Shown here in pieces: positions 1 to 11,501 of a DNA stretch of 64,000 nucleotides. The notes below the pieces were generated by a model, which was not told where the DNA came from, ran no database searches, and saw nothing but the letters and a program-made list of their open reading frames with translations. How positions within the stretch are numbered: position 1 is the stretch's first letter; every line of letters begins with the position of its first letter. Origin of the DNA: Armatimonadota bacterium (lineage in GTDB: Bacteria; Armatimonadota; UBA5829; DTJY01); the NCBI GenBank assembly GCA_029907255.1, contig JARYMF010000006.1, forward strand, positions 70,426-134,425, written 5' to 3'. Both the position numbers and the translations under genes were made by a program.

Positions 1-228
1 CTCAATGCTTACGTTTTGTTGTGTTTGTGGCAAGATTCGCCGCTCCGATGGCCAATGGGTCTCACCAGAGGCTTACCTCGGTAATGAACACGACATCGCT
101 ATCTCACACGGCTATTGTCCCCAATGTTACGAAGAGGGGAAAGCACGGATTAAAATTTAAAAATTGCTTTCTGTGTCCATTGTCCGAGCGACTCGAAGCA
201 CAATCGTTGAGGTCTCCGCAAAGATAGA

Positions 229-1068
229 TTACCACTCAAATCTATGCAGATTAAAATAGGTGGAATCTGCTCCAAAGCATGCAACCAAGACACTTATAAA
301 GCCAGCAAGAATGCACGCAAATCCGAGAACCAAAAGTCGGTTCGACCATTTCCCTTGCCACCCACGAACTACTCTCACATGCAGGTAGGCTGCATAGACA
401 AGCCATGTAATTAAAAGCCAGATGCCTTTCGAGACCAAAAGCTCTCTCAAAGTAGATTGGACCCACAAAACACCGGCAATAATTCCAACTGTGAGCAGTA
501 AGAATCCAAGCGTCACCATTCGGTACGCTAAATCGTCCATCATATCCAGGGACGGCAAATGCCTCTGCAACCGAGTGATTTGCTTTCTCTTGAGCATGTA
601 CTCCTGAAGCATGTATGTAATTGAAGCCAAAAAAGCAAGAGTGAAAGCAACATAAGCTAGCAAGCTCGCCCCAAAGTGTATCATGCCCCAAAGGTTTGTT
701 GGCGCCGTTAACGGGATCAAATTTATCTGCTGGGGCGCAAAAATACTAATCAGAAGTGCAATTGTTGCCACTCCAAACACAAAGGTTCCAAGCGCTCCAA
801 TCCGCCGCCGTTGCTCCATAAGAAGATATATTACTGCCAGTGCCAGGGCCATGAACGCTAGCGCTCCCGACAAATTGGTAAACGGCACTTGCTGCATCTC
901 AACACTGCGACCGACCACTCCGAAGCAAAGGATAATAGAACCGACGATGGGAATTAAGGATACAAGTCTACCAGCTGTTTCGCACACAAAGACCCGCCAA
1001 ATATAAAATACGCCCGCCAAGCCAAAAAGAACCGCTGCCAATTTGATTAACAAGCTACTGTCAGGCAT
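229..1068 (-). CDS. HemX-like cytochrome c assembly-family integral membrane protein (CcsA-related, lacks the WWD motif)
   Basis: 279 aa polytopic membrane protein immediately downstream of hemA in the same orientation. The C-terminal region (GIWLLITWLVYAAYLH) resembles the CcsA/HemX family. The hemA-hemX arrangement is known from Bacillus. Confidence 0.6.
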   Translation of the reverse strand: MPDSSLLIKLAAVLFGLAGVFYIWRVFVCETAGRLVSLIPIVGSIILCFGVVGRSVEMQQVPFTNLSGALAFMALALAVIYLLMEQRRRIGALGTFVFGVATIALLISIFAPQQINLIPLTAPTNLWGMIHFGASLLAYVAFTLAFLASITYMLQEYMLKRKQITRLQRHLPSLDMMDDLAYRMVTLGFLLLTVGIIAGVLWVQSTLRELLVSKGIWLLITWLVYAAYLHVRVVRGWQGKWSNRLLVLGFACILAGFISVLVACFGADSTYFNLHRFEW

Positions 1069-1071
1069 ATC

Positions 1072-2370
1072 CTAACTCCCATCAATCTTTTCGTCGGTTT
1101 TCGATTCATCTGCCTGAATGCCAAACAGCTCTCGCAAAAAACTGAGCCTATCTGAGGAATCTTCAGACTCAGCACATTGTTTGATACAAGTCAATGGCTG
1201 GTGCATAACTTTGCGCACTATTGACCGTGCCGCCACTACAATTGCATTCCATTCGTCTTCGGAAAGATGCTCAAGTTTTCTTCTGAGCTTTTTCATTTCC
1301 CCATCGCAGATTTCCTCATATTTCTTTTGAAGATCAGTAATAATCGGCACTACATCACGCATGCGAAACCAGCGCATGAATTCGTCTACTTGTTCGGCAA
1401 TCAACGCCTCAACCTTGGCAATCTCTGCTCGGCGGGCTACCTCTCCAACTTCAAGAACTTTTTGGAGGTCGTCTATGTCGTAAGCAAAAACGTTATCAAT
1501 CAAGCCAACTGTTTGCTCAATGTCTCTTGGGACAGCTATATCAATAAAGAAGATTGGGCGGCCGCGCCTTGCACGCATTACAGAGAGAACTAGATTCTGA
1601 GAAATAATGGGCTCAGGCGCGCCGGTGGAAGTAATTACTATATCGGCTTTCACAAGTGCGGTTTGAAGGTTATCAAACCTTACGGCTTGGCCGTTGAATT
1701 CCGAAGCAAGATGTTCGGCTTTCTCATGGGTGCGGTTTGCCACCAAAACAGATTTAACACCGCATGAAACAAGATGGGTAATTGCCAGCTCAGCCATCTT
1801 GCCCGCACCGATGACTAGAACCGTTCGTTCGGAAAGCTCCTCGAATATCGAGCGTGCAAGTTGAACTGCAACCGAGCCAATGGAGAACGCTCCGCGTGCA
1901 ATTTCGGTTTCTGTCCTCGCCCTCTTGCCGACTGTAATCGCTTGCTGGAAAAGGGTGTTCAACACTGGCCCGCTTGCGCCATGCTTAGAAGCAATAGCGT
2001 ATGCAGTTTTTACCTGGCCGAGAATCTGTTGCTCGCCGATAACCATCGAATCAACCCCCGATGCAACGCGAAACAAGTGGGCAGCGGCTTTATGGCCGCG
2101 GTGAACATAGAGTTTCGGCGTGAGTTCCTCGTTTAAGAGACCACTAATTCTGCTTAAAAATGTCTTGATGGAAGTATCGGCATCGGGGGCAGACGCGCAA
2201 ACGTAAACCTCAGTACGATTGCATGTGGAAAGAATGGCGCACTCGGAAATTGCAGTTGAATCTTTTAAATTGGCAAGTACGGTCGGAAGCTGTTGCTCTG
2301 AAACAAACAGTTTTTCCCGCAGCTCAATCGGCGCAATCTTGTGGCTCAGGCCGACGACCATTAGATGCAC
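1072..2370 (-). CDS. hemA: glutamyl-tRNA reductase
   Basis: 432 aa. N-terminal MVVGLSHKIAPIELREK and the CNRTEVY active-site Cys motif are present, along with an NADPH-binding GxGxxA region and a C-terminal dimerisation helix. Confidence 0.9.
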   Translation of the reverse strand: MHLMVVGLSHKIAPIELREKLFVSEQQLPTVLANLKDSTAISECAILSTCNRTEVYVCASAPDADTSIKTFLSRISGLLNEELTPKLYVHRGHKAAAHLFRVASGVDSMVIGEQQILGQVKTAYAIASKHGASGPVLNTLFQQAITVGKRARTETEIARGAFSIGSVAVQLARSIFEELSERTVLVIGAGKMAELAITHLVSCGVKSVLVANRTHEKAEHLASEFNGQAVRFDNLQTALVKADIVITSTGAPEPIISQNLVLSVMRARRGRPIFFIDIAVPRDIEQTVGLIDNVFAYDIDDLQKVLEVGEVARRAEIAKVEALIAEQVDEFMRWFRMRDVVPIITDLQKKYEEICDGEMKKLRRKLEHLSEDEWNAIVVAARSIVRKVMHQPLTCIKQCAESEDSSDRLSFLRELFGIQADESKTDEKIDGS

Positions 2371-2984
2371 TTTATCGCAACCTCCAATGCTTCTTCCGAC
2401 CTACCTTCGGCGAGAAGTGTTAGCACATTTGAATTGATTATCCGTTCGTAAGCAGAATTTCTGTCGCGCTGGTTTGAGTATTTCGCCTTAACCTTCTCAC
2501 GAATAGCGCCAAGCAGGTCGGCAAGCATGCCAAACTCCGGTCCAAACTCAGCTTCTAATTTCTCTCTGATATGCTTAGCAAGAGCCGGACTTTTCCCCGA
2601 AGTTGATACGCTTATTATGAGGTCGCCTCTTTTAACGGCTGCCGGCACAAAAAAATTGCAAAGTGCAGGTGTGTCTACTATGTTCACCAGAATGCCAAGA
2701 CGTTCGGCTTCTTCTGCGACTGCCTCGTTTACATGACGTTCGTTTGTGGCTGCAATTACTAAGAAAGCGCCCTTCAGGCTACCTGGCTGGTACTCTGCGG
2801 AAACATGCTCTATCTTTCCCTGCTCGGCGAGTTGTTTAAGGGCGGGGGTTAACTCTGGAGCAATAACTACAACGCGACCACCGAATTCAAGCAGAGACAT
2901 GACCTTACGCTCGGCGACTGTCCCGCCGCCAACAACTATGCATTTTTTGTTCTGTAGGTCAAGGTTGATAGGATAGTACGCCAT
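2361..2984 (-). CDS. precorrin-2 dehydrogenase / sirohydrochlorin ferrochelatase (SirC / CysG N-domain-like)
   Basis: 207 aa with an N-terminal Rossmann motif VVGGGTVAERKV typical of siroheme synthase N-terminal domains. It overlaps the hemA start by 10 nt. Confidence 0.7.
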   Translation of the reverse strand: MAYYPINLDLQNKKCIVVGGGTVAERKVMSLLEFGGRVVVIAPELTPALKQLAEQGKIEHVSAEYQPGSLKGAFLVIAATNERHVNEAVAEEAERLGILVNIVDTPALCNFFVPAAVKRGDLIISVSTSGKSPALAKHIREKLEAEFGPEFGMLADLLGAIREKVKAKYSNQRDRNSAYERIINSNVLTLLAEGRSEEALEVAIKCI

Positions 2985-2988
2985 TGGA

Positions 2989-3813
2989 CTACTGGTAGGT
3001 TGCGTGGTAGCCTTTACCTATCCAGTTCACACCAAATAAAGTAAAGAGCACAACTGCAAACCCAACAATCGTCAGGATAATAGACCTTCGGCCCTTCCAC
3101 CCCATGCTCAAACGGGTGTGAAGATATGCGGCATAAACAAGCCATGTTATTAGAGCCCAGACTTCCTTTGGGTCCCAGCTCCAAGGCCGCCCAAAAGCAA
3201 ATTGCGCCCACACAGCACCTGTAAGCAATAGTGCAGTTTGCATAAGAAACCCAAAAGCAATCATTCGATAGGCGGTATGATCAAGCACATCTAGCGAAGG
3301 AAGTCTGCTTGCTAAAAATCCTCCCCCTTTTCCGGCATGCTCGCGAAGAAGATAGAGAATGCCCAGACAAAACGCTATTGTAAAAGCTGAATATGCCAGT
3401 ATAGCAGTTGAGATGTGAGGCACGCGCCATGCGCTCTTTAGCGCTGGCATGGTCCATGCTACCTCGCTAGGTAGACGTGAAGTAAAAACACACGCCAAAG
3501 CTACCAGCGGCACAGCAACTGCTCCGAAAATCTTGCTCTTATTTGAAAATTCTAGCGCTAGGTATAATATTACAACGCCTAGCGTCACCGAAAGCATGTA
3601 CTCATACAGATTTAAAAATGGTGGGCGATTTGAAACGATTCCTCGAATGATTACTGCACATATATGCGGTATTACAGCGATAATTAGGACTACCCTTCCA
3701 ATATCGCCAAACGCCCTTCGCTGGCTTAAGAAGTTGGCAATATAAAACACTGCCGCACCTATATAAAACCCCATTGCAATTTTAAAGAATATTAGGCTAA
3801 GTTGATTTGTCAT
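2989..3813 (-). CDS. ccsA: cytochrome c-type biogenesis protein CcsA/ResC (system II haem handling)
   Basis: 274 aa polytopic protein carrying the Trp-rich WWD-like signature GRPWSWDPKEVWALITW and a conserved His-rich C-terminus. Confidence 0.8.
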   Translation of the reverse strand: MTNQLSLIFFKIAMGFYIGAAVFYIANFLSQRRAFGDIGRVVLIIAVIPHICAVIIRGIVSNRPPFLNLYEYMLSVTLGVVILYLALEFSNKSKIFGAVAVPLVALACVFTSRLPSEVAWTMPALKSAWRVPHISTAILAYSAFTIAFCLGILYLLREHAGKGGGFLASRLPSLDVLDHTAYRMIAFGFLMQTALLLTGAVWAQFAFGRPWSWDPKEVWALITWLVYAAYLHTRLSMGWKGRRSIILTIVGFAVVLFTLFGVNWIGKGYHATYQ

Positions 3814-4838
3814 GAGCCTTCCTTTTTCTCCAACTTCTTGAAAATATGCTCACCATAAGGCATATGGCAGGTTGCGCAGGTGGCGTCTGCAGCTGCATTT
3901 GGAGCATGAGTTGCCATGTCTTTGATTTTTGCTGCATGGCAGCCAAGACATTGTTCGTTGACCGGCTTTCTCAGCTCATGTGCTATGCCCGACTGGTTAT
4001 GCGGATCATGACATGTCGTGCATGTCATTGTAAGCTTTGTATAATGAGTTGAGGTTATATGCTCCGAGTACTGTTGGTTTAGACCAGGAGTTGTTGGTTT
4101 GGCATCAACGAAAAACTTTGCAAGGTCATCGCCAGGTTTAAAGCCGATTGGGAAGGCAAACTTACCCGACAAATCCTTTCCTTTCGAGTGACATCCACCA
4201 CAAATCATTGTCTGTCTATCTCTAGGCAGTTCGGTTAGTTTCAGAATTGACCCCTTTGCAGTGGCATTTGAGACGTGATCGCCTCCTGGTCCATGGCACG
4301 ACTCGCACCCTACACCTGCCTCAACGTATGCCTTTGTCTCCGCGTTGTAACCCGTTACATGACAACCTATGCATTGGGTTGCACCATCAACTGCCTGCGT
4401 TGGCTTCCACTTTTTTGTTTTTACGTCCCAGATAGCTGGGAGCACCTGAAGATTAGCATCCAGGAACGCCTGCTGTTTAATACCTTTGCCGAGAACATAG
4501 GCTACTTTGTCCTTTGTGAACACAGGATTACTCGAGAAATCTGCGACAATCGCCCCCTCAGCATCCGCCTTCTGAAACGCTTTTGGGTGCCCCGTTTTTA
4601 AATACGCTTCCACGAGTTCTTTATGCGTATTTTGGTGACACATTTTGCATAATGTAGAACCTTTGTAAGCCGCCGTATGGGTGTCTCCATCCACCCTAAT
4701 GATATTTGACAGACTAATGCCAACCAAAACTAAAATGACTAGGGCGGGAATGCCATACTTCTTAATCATACCTCTGCTCCTTTTGAACAAACTCGTTGTT
4801 ATGCTTAACGCAAAAATGTTAAGCTCATCGAATAACAA
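3810..4838 (-). CDS. multihaem c-type cytochrome (7 CXXCH motifs) with N-terminal signal/anchor
   Basis: 342 aa with CKMCH, CIGCH, CESCH, CGGCH, CTTCH, CLGCH and CATCH. The N-terminal hydrophobic segment is IPALVILVLVGISL. It overlaps ccsA by 4 nt. Confidence 0.8.
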   Translation of the reverse strand: MLFDELNIFALSITTSLFKRSRGMIKKYGIPALVILVLVGISLSNIIRVDGDTHTAAYKGSTLCKMCHQNTHKELVEAYLKTGHPKAFQKADAEGAIVADFSSNPVFTKDKVAYVLGKGIKQQAFLDANLQVLPAIWDVKTKKWKPTQAVDGATQCIGCHVTGYNAETKAYVEAGVGCESCHGPGGDHVSNATAKGSILKLTELPRDRQTMICGGCHSKGKDLSGKFAFPIGFKPGDDLAKFFVDAKPTTPGLNQQYSEHITSTHYTKLTMTCTTCHDPHNQSGIAHELRKPVNEQCLGCHAAKIKDMATHAPNAAADATCATCHMPYGEHIFKKLEKKEGS

Positions 4839-4896
4839 GCAACCTAACGCAAGCTTCTTCTCAGAACCCTGCTTTAGTCTGCTTAACTATGTTAGA

Positions 4897-6291
4897 CTAA
4901 GACTCTGATTTCAAGCAATCCCTAATTCGCTCGAAATCCTTATCGAAAATTGATGAGTCGGCTCTCGATGTTGCACCGACAACAACCAAAGCTCCATCCT
5001 CATTTGATAATACGCTTACTCGAATTATCCTATGATTAATATAAAATGCCGCAAGTATGCCAAACAAGACAAGTATGAATCCGGCATATAAGACTGGCAG
5101 TCCTGGGTTGCGGGAAATATCAAGCTTTGAGTATTCAATGGCTTCTAGTGCAACTTTATATCCACTAAAATCAACCGTCTGGCCGGACCTAATCCACCCA
5201 AGCGACTTCCAGTTTTCAACGCTCATTTCGCTAGGATAACGCTCATTTAGATATATCAGCGCCGCTGGATCAGGAGGCAGTGCAACCATATATTTTGGTA
5301 CCATTCCTCTGAAATTTGGCGCGAAATCGTGGATAAATACCCCTATCTCCTTACCCCCGAGACGGATTCCCTGGGGCTCTACATTCGACAGCCTGTAGTC
5401 CACTGACCCCTCTGATTCTACCACATCAATCCAAAAATTAGCCGACCCTGTCTCACCATTGGGGGAAGTAATAGCAACTCTTAGAATTGGCCCATAGCTC
5501 GCCTGAAAGAACGATATCCCTTTGTAAGTAAGCGGCCGGTTTACGTCTATCACTTTCCGCAAAGCTGAGCGACCTCTGTCGAAGACCTCCAAATCGCTGT
5601 TATATGCGCTCGGCCGGCCTTGATTGTCGCAAACTACATGAAAGTCGTGTAGCTTCAGTTCAAATCCTAGCGGCTTTTCTTGACCTGAGTCTTTTGCGAA
5701 GTAGGTTGAGACCATTTCACCTTCTGGAATCACTACAACTCCCTCGAAGCCAAACTTTGCACCTATAACGGCCCCAAGGAAAATTACAAGAATACTCAGG
5801 TGGGTTAAATACGGCCCCCAGATTGCAAGACGCCCCTTTGTGGCGTAAAGTGATATATTTCCTTCTTCTTCTACATGCAATACTTTGTACGCTCTAGAAC
5901 GTAGGGTTGTTACAATTCTCGACGCAGCTTCTTGGGAGGGCAGAGGGGTACAAAATTGCTCAGACCTCTTCATCGCTCCAACCTGCTTGGGCGTGGTCGA
6001 GATAGCAGGCGAAAAAGTTCTACGCCATGCGATACCAAAGCGGTTTATGCTGCAAACTAGGAGATTGACTAGCATTAAAACCAGGAGTGTTGCGTACCAC
6101 CACGAATGATAAATGTCCGGCGCCTCTCCGAAGGTTCCGAATACAGACGCCAGTGCAAGCAATAAGAGGAGAACTATAGCGGTTTTCATGGACGAGAAAA
6201 GCTTCCACAGCGAAGCAAATATCGCCAATTCACCTATCGGTTCCGTTTTTTCAATGTCATTTTCGTGATTATGAACTTCGCGGTCGGACAC
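4897..6291 (-). CDS. resB: cytochrome c biogenesis protein ResB/CcsB (Ccs1)
   Basis: 464 aa with an N-terminal TM pair, a large soluble middle domain and a C-terminal TM. This is the ResB architecture, and it sits upstream of the cytochrome and ccsA. Confidence 0.7.
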   Translation of the reverse strand: MSDREVHNHENDIEKTEPIGELAIFASLWKLFSSMKTAIVLLLLLALASVFGTFGEAPDIYHSWWYATLLVLMLVNLLVCSINRFGIAWRRTFSPAISTTPKQVGAMKRSEQFCTPLPSQEAASRIVTTLRSRAYKVLHVEEEGNISLYATKGRLAIWGPYLTHLSILVIFLGAVIGAKFGFEGVVVIPEGEMVSTYFAKDSGQEKPLGFELKLHDFHVVCDNQGRPSAYNSDLEVFDRGRSALRKVIDVNRPLTYKGISFFQASYGPILRVAITSPNGETGSANFWIDVVESEGSVDYRLSNVEPQGIRLGGKEIGVFIHDFAPNFRGMVPKYMVALPPDPAALIYLNERYPSEMSVENWKSLGWIRSGQTVDFSGYKVALEAIEYSKLDISRNPGLPVLYAGFILVLFGILAAFYINHRIIRVSVLSNEDGALVVVGATSRADSSIFDKDFERIRDCLKSES

Positions 6292-6335
6292 TATAATTTG
6301 TTCCTTTGTATGTTTATTTTGACTTCCAGGTTAAT

Positions 6336-7316
6336 TCATGGATGCAAAAGATCTCCACCAATATCAGCAGGTTGAAATGGTTCATACGGCTTTACCAGCG
6401 AAAATACCTGCACACGGCGCCCCCCTGCCTCAGCCACGTAAACTCTTCCAAACTTATCCATCTCCATATCAATAGGCTGGAAAAATGAACCACCCTCAGT
6501 TCCATATACCCCAAGCTTTCTCAAGAAAGTGCCAGAGCGGTCGAACACCTTCAGGCAGTGCTGACCTTTGTCCACAATCCATATTTGGTCATGTCGGTCA
6601 ACAAAAATACCAGAGGCAATCCCTATGTCTTCCAACCCACCACCCCGAAAGCCAAATTTGAATAGATACTTGCCCTTCTTATCAAACACTTGGACGGGCG
6701 TACCAGATGCGTCGAGGGCATAAACTCTACCTTGGCGATCAACCGCTACATCGCAAAGCGATTTGAATTGACCGCGTTTGTCGCCTTTTGCACCAAACTT
6801 CAGCTTTAGCTTGCGATTCTTGTCAAAAACATATATCCGGCACCCAGCGCGATCAACCAAATAGAGGTTGCCATCCCGGTCGAAAGTTATCCTACCGACC
6901 TTGGGCACCTCTTCACCTTGCTCCACGGGAATTTCTATCTCAGTAACTTCTCCACTTTTAGCTATTACTCGAATCGGACCACCCGAATCATTAGCAACGT
7001 AGAGGTTCCCATCCGAGTCTACCGCTAGGCCAACGGGCTTCTCAATACCAGACTGAATCCCCAGCTGTTCCTTTGGAACACCGTCAGAAGTAAACAAACT
7101 CACGCCAAACTTCAAATCAGCAACGTATAATAAGCCGTTCCTATCATCTAGCGCAAGTGCAGAAGGCTCACCAAAAAAACTATCATGCTCAAAGCCGGTT
7201 ATACAAAATTGGAAGTCTAGCTCAGAAGTTGTCCTTTCAAATGGCGCAGGTTGGGCAGCTGAAATGACAACAATAGCTAGGATGGCAACGCTGAAAATAG
7301 GAATTATCCTCGACAT
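6336..7316 (-). CDS. secreted NHL-repeat (six-bladed beta-propeller) protein
   Basis: 326 aa with the signal peptide MSRIIPIFSVAILAIVVISAA and repeated blocks GxxYVAD / GNLYVAN / GRVYALD / GRVYVAE characteristic of NHL repeats. Confidence 0.7.
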   Translation of the reverse strand: MSRIIPIFSVAILAIVVISAAQPAPFERTTSELDFQFCITGFEHDSFFGEPSALALDDRNGLLYVADLKFGVSLFTSDGVPKEQLGIQSGIEKPVGLAVDSDGNLYVANDSGGPIRVIAKSGEVTEIEIPVEQGEEVPKVGRITFDRDGNLYLVDRAGCRIYVFDKNRKLKLKFGAKGDKRGQFKSLCDVAVDRQGRVYALDASGTPVQVFDKKGKYLFKFGFRGGGLEDIGIASGIFVDRHDQIWIVDKGQHCLKVFDRSGTFLRKLGVYGTEGGSFFQPIDMEMDKFGRVYVAEAGGRRVQVFSLVKPYEPFQPADIGGDLLHP

Positions 7317-7554
7317 AAGTAAACCAAGTTACTTGCTGAATCCAATCTAGATAAAAATCGCTACTACTTTAAAATACTTCATATCCCAGCACAAAAGCAA
7401 GCACCCCAGCTAGAAAGTTTCCAAAGCATCAAATTCGCTCGGCTAGCTTTTGCAAAATCCGGCAACATTGACTTTGGAAACAACGCCGTTTCCCACTCAA
7501 ATTCTTTGGGAAGAATAAATACAAACGTTATCGAACCATCTTCAGGAGGACGCT

Positions 7555-7911
7555 ATGGCTGATGAAGGCGGAGAAAGAACTCGAAAGGGTACAATTCCTG
7601 TTGGACCTACCGGAATGCCAGGTGATCCAATTGGGCTAATTCCAACCGGTGCAGACCAAGACTCGGATGGCTCATCTGTCGAACTTGACGCTGAGCTTGC
7701 CACAGAAGAAGAAATACCCTCTACCGAGGAAATTCTCAAGGAGGCTGAGGAGCGTAAAAAAGGACTATTGCCGCCTGAGCCAGCCCCACGCACTCCATTT
7801 AAAAGCGCGGCAACAGCAATGCTTCCTACCCGCAAGGGAACAACCCCCGAGGAGACAACTGAGAAACCACATGTTCCACATGATCGTGGAATGGGAACTA
7901 GCAAGGAGTAG
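7555..7911 (+). CDS. hypothetical small acidic, probably disordered protein
   Basis: 118 aa with a good RBS (AGGAGG 6 nt upstream of the ATG). The composition is low-complexity Glu/Pro/Thr-rich. The opposite-strand Ser-rich ORF 7542..7904 is judged spurious. Confidence 0.4.
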   Translation: MADEGGERTRKGTIPVGPTGMPGDPIGLIPTGADQDSDGSSVELDAELATEEEIPSTEEILKEAEERKKGLLPPEPAPRTPFKSAATAMLPTRKGTTPEETTEKPHVPHDRGMGTSKE

Positions 7912-8040
7912 ACTTATTCTTCCGTTTGCTGGATTATTCTCCTTAACCTAGTTACTATAAAGACCAAGTTTGAGAATCTCTTACTTTCCAAGCTTGCTTT
8001 CGCACGCCAACCTTTAAACCTTCTGACAGCGCCGAAAAAT

Positions 8041-8070
8041 TGACTTTCACACCCATTTTGTGCTAAAATT
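8041..8070 (+). promoter_or_regulatory. putative sigma-70 promoter for gyrB (TTGACT-18-TAAAAT)
   Basis: Hexamers were read directly about 110 nt upstream of the gyrB start. Confidence 0.3.
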
Positions 8071-8156
8071 AATTTGCAAAAAGCAACATAAGCACTCAAA
8101 ATCTCACCCCACGCACACAGTGTTTGCATCGTTGTCAGAGCTTTTGCGTGTCCTAA

Positions 8157-10205
<2,049 letters not shown>

Positions 10206-10247
10206 TTTACATGATGTCCTTAGTTAGCAAATTGGCCTAAAAGCAAT

Positions 10248-10273
10248 GGGGGCAACCACGTAGTTGCCCCCGA
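10248..10273. terminator. bidirectional stem-loop between gyrB (+) and gdh (-)
   Basis: GGGGGCAAC-cacgta-GTTGCCCCC hairpin. On the minus strand it is followed by a T-rich run. Confidence 0.4.
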
Positions 10274-10313
10274 TTAGTAAGTTTACAACTCAGCCGGAAG
10301 AAAAAAGGCAATC

Positions 10314-11501
10314 TTAGATCCAACCACGGTCGCGCATTGACTGAACGACTTCATCCACTGCAATTATCTGCGCCGCCAGTCTGTGACTTATATTCTTGCT
10401 CCTAGCAACCTCAGTTGTCTCTCTATATGCCTGAGAGAGCTGCTTTTCGATAGCCGCATAAGTCTCTTCTTTTTCTGTAAGGCTTCCAGACTTCGCTTGG
10501 CGCCACTCAATATATGAAGCAACAACACCCCCAGCGTTGGCAAGAATGTCAGGGATTACGGAAATTCCCCTCTCAGTGAGTATTTTATCGCCCTCAGTTG
10601 TAGTAGGGTCATTGGCGGCTTCGACAACTAATTTTGCCTGAATATTTGGTGCCGTCTTTTCTGTAATGACATTCTCGACCGCCGCAGGAACTAACACATC
10701 TACTGGCACAACCAGTAGCTCATCGCGCGGTATCTGGGGCAAACCTGTAGCTGCCAGGGAATTCACCTTTCCAAGCTCGGAAATAGGTAGCCCAACATCT
10801 GAGTATAAAGCAGACCCAACATCCGACACTGCAATTACCCTCATGCCCCATTCAGAAAGAAACTTGGCAGTCCAGTATCCAACATTGCCATATCCTTGTA
10901 TTGCAACTGTGGCATCGGACAACTCTTTTCCAAGGATATCAGCTACCGCCATCCTAACTACAGTAGCAACTCCATAACCGGTTGCTTCTTCACGACCTGG
11001 GAGCCCTCCAATCCTAGGCGGCTTCCCAGTCACGGATTCAGGAACATGGGTGTAGCCATAAATAGTAGCCATGTCGGAAGGACCTGTGCCAAGATCAGGC
11101 GCTGGCACGTAGGTGCCCGATTGGAGATACAATCCAAACATATGAACGTATTCTGCAATCAGCGCACGCCTAGCCTCTGGTGTGAGAGTCTGAGGAGCAA
11201 TGCAAATACCAGATTTAGCACCGCCAAAAGGAATTCGTGTGAGCGCGCACTTGTATGTCATAAGTTCCGCAAGCCTGCGCGTCTCCTCAAGACTAACACC
11301 ATCGGACATTCTAATGCCGCCCTTGCCAGGTCCGCGAACCAAGCAATGAAGAACAATATAAGCATCAGCTGAAATAAGTTGACCTTCCCACTTAAAGTTT
11401 AGGTTTGCATATGCCTCTTGATCGCTCTTGCTCAGAAGTTGTTGAGCTTCAGCACTAACATCGATGTATTTTGAAATTTGATTCAAGTTAACTACACTCA
11501 T
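10314..11501 (-). CDS. Glu/Leu/Phe/Val-family amino acid dehydrogenase (probable glutamate dehydrogenase)
   Basis: 395 aa with the catalytic Lys motif GGAKSGI and a C-terminal Rossmann fold GYGNVG. Confidence 0.8.
   Translation of the reverse strand: MSVVNLNQISKYIDVSAEAQQLLSKSDQEAYANLNFKWEGQLISADAYIVLHCLVRGPGKGGIRMSDGVSLEETRRLAELMTYKCALTRIPFGGAKSGICIAPQTLTPEARRALIAEYVHMFGLYLQSGTYVPAPDLGTGPSDMATIYGYTHVPESVTGKPPRIGGLPGREEATGYGVATVVRMAVADILGKELSDATVAIQGYGNVGYWTAKFLSEWGMRVIAVSDVGSALYSDVGLPISELGKVNSLAATGLPQIPRDELLVVPVDVLVPAAVENVITEKTAPNIQAKLVVEAANDPTTTEGDKILTERGISVIPDILANAGGVVASYIEWRQAKSGSLTEKEETYAAIEKQLSQAYRETTEVARSKNISHRLAAQIIAVDEVVQSMRDRGWI

Noticed and set aside
21-227. 68-aa + strand ORF at the window start
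   Set aside because: It has no RBS and lies downstream of the minus-strand hemX-like gene. It is most likely non-coding 3' flank, and hemC is not visible here.
7542-7904. Ser-rich 120-aa minus-strand ORF opposite the 7555..7911 ORF
   Set aside because: It has no RBS and an extreme Ser/Ala bias, whereas the + strand ORF has a good AGGAGG RBS. It is kept as spurious.
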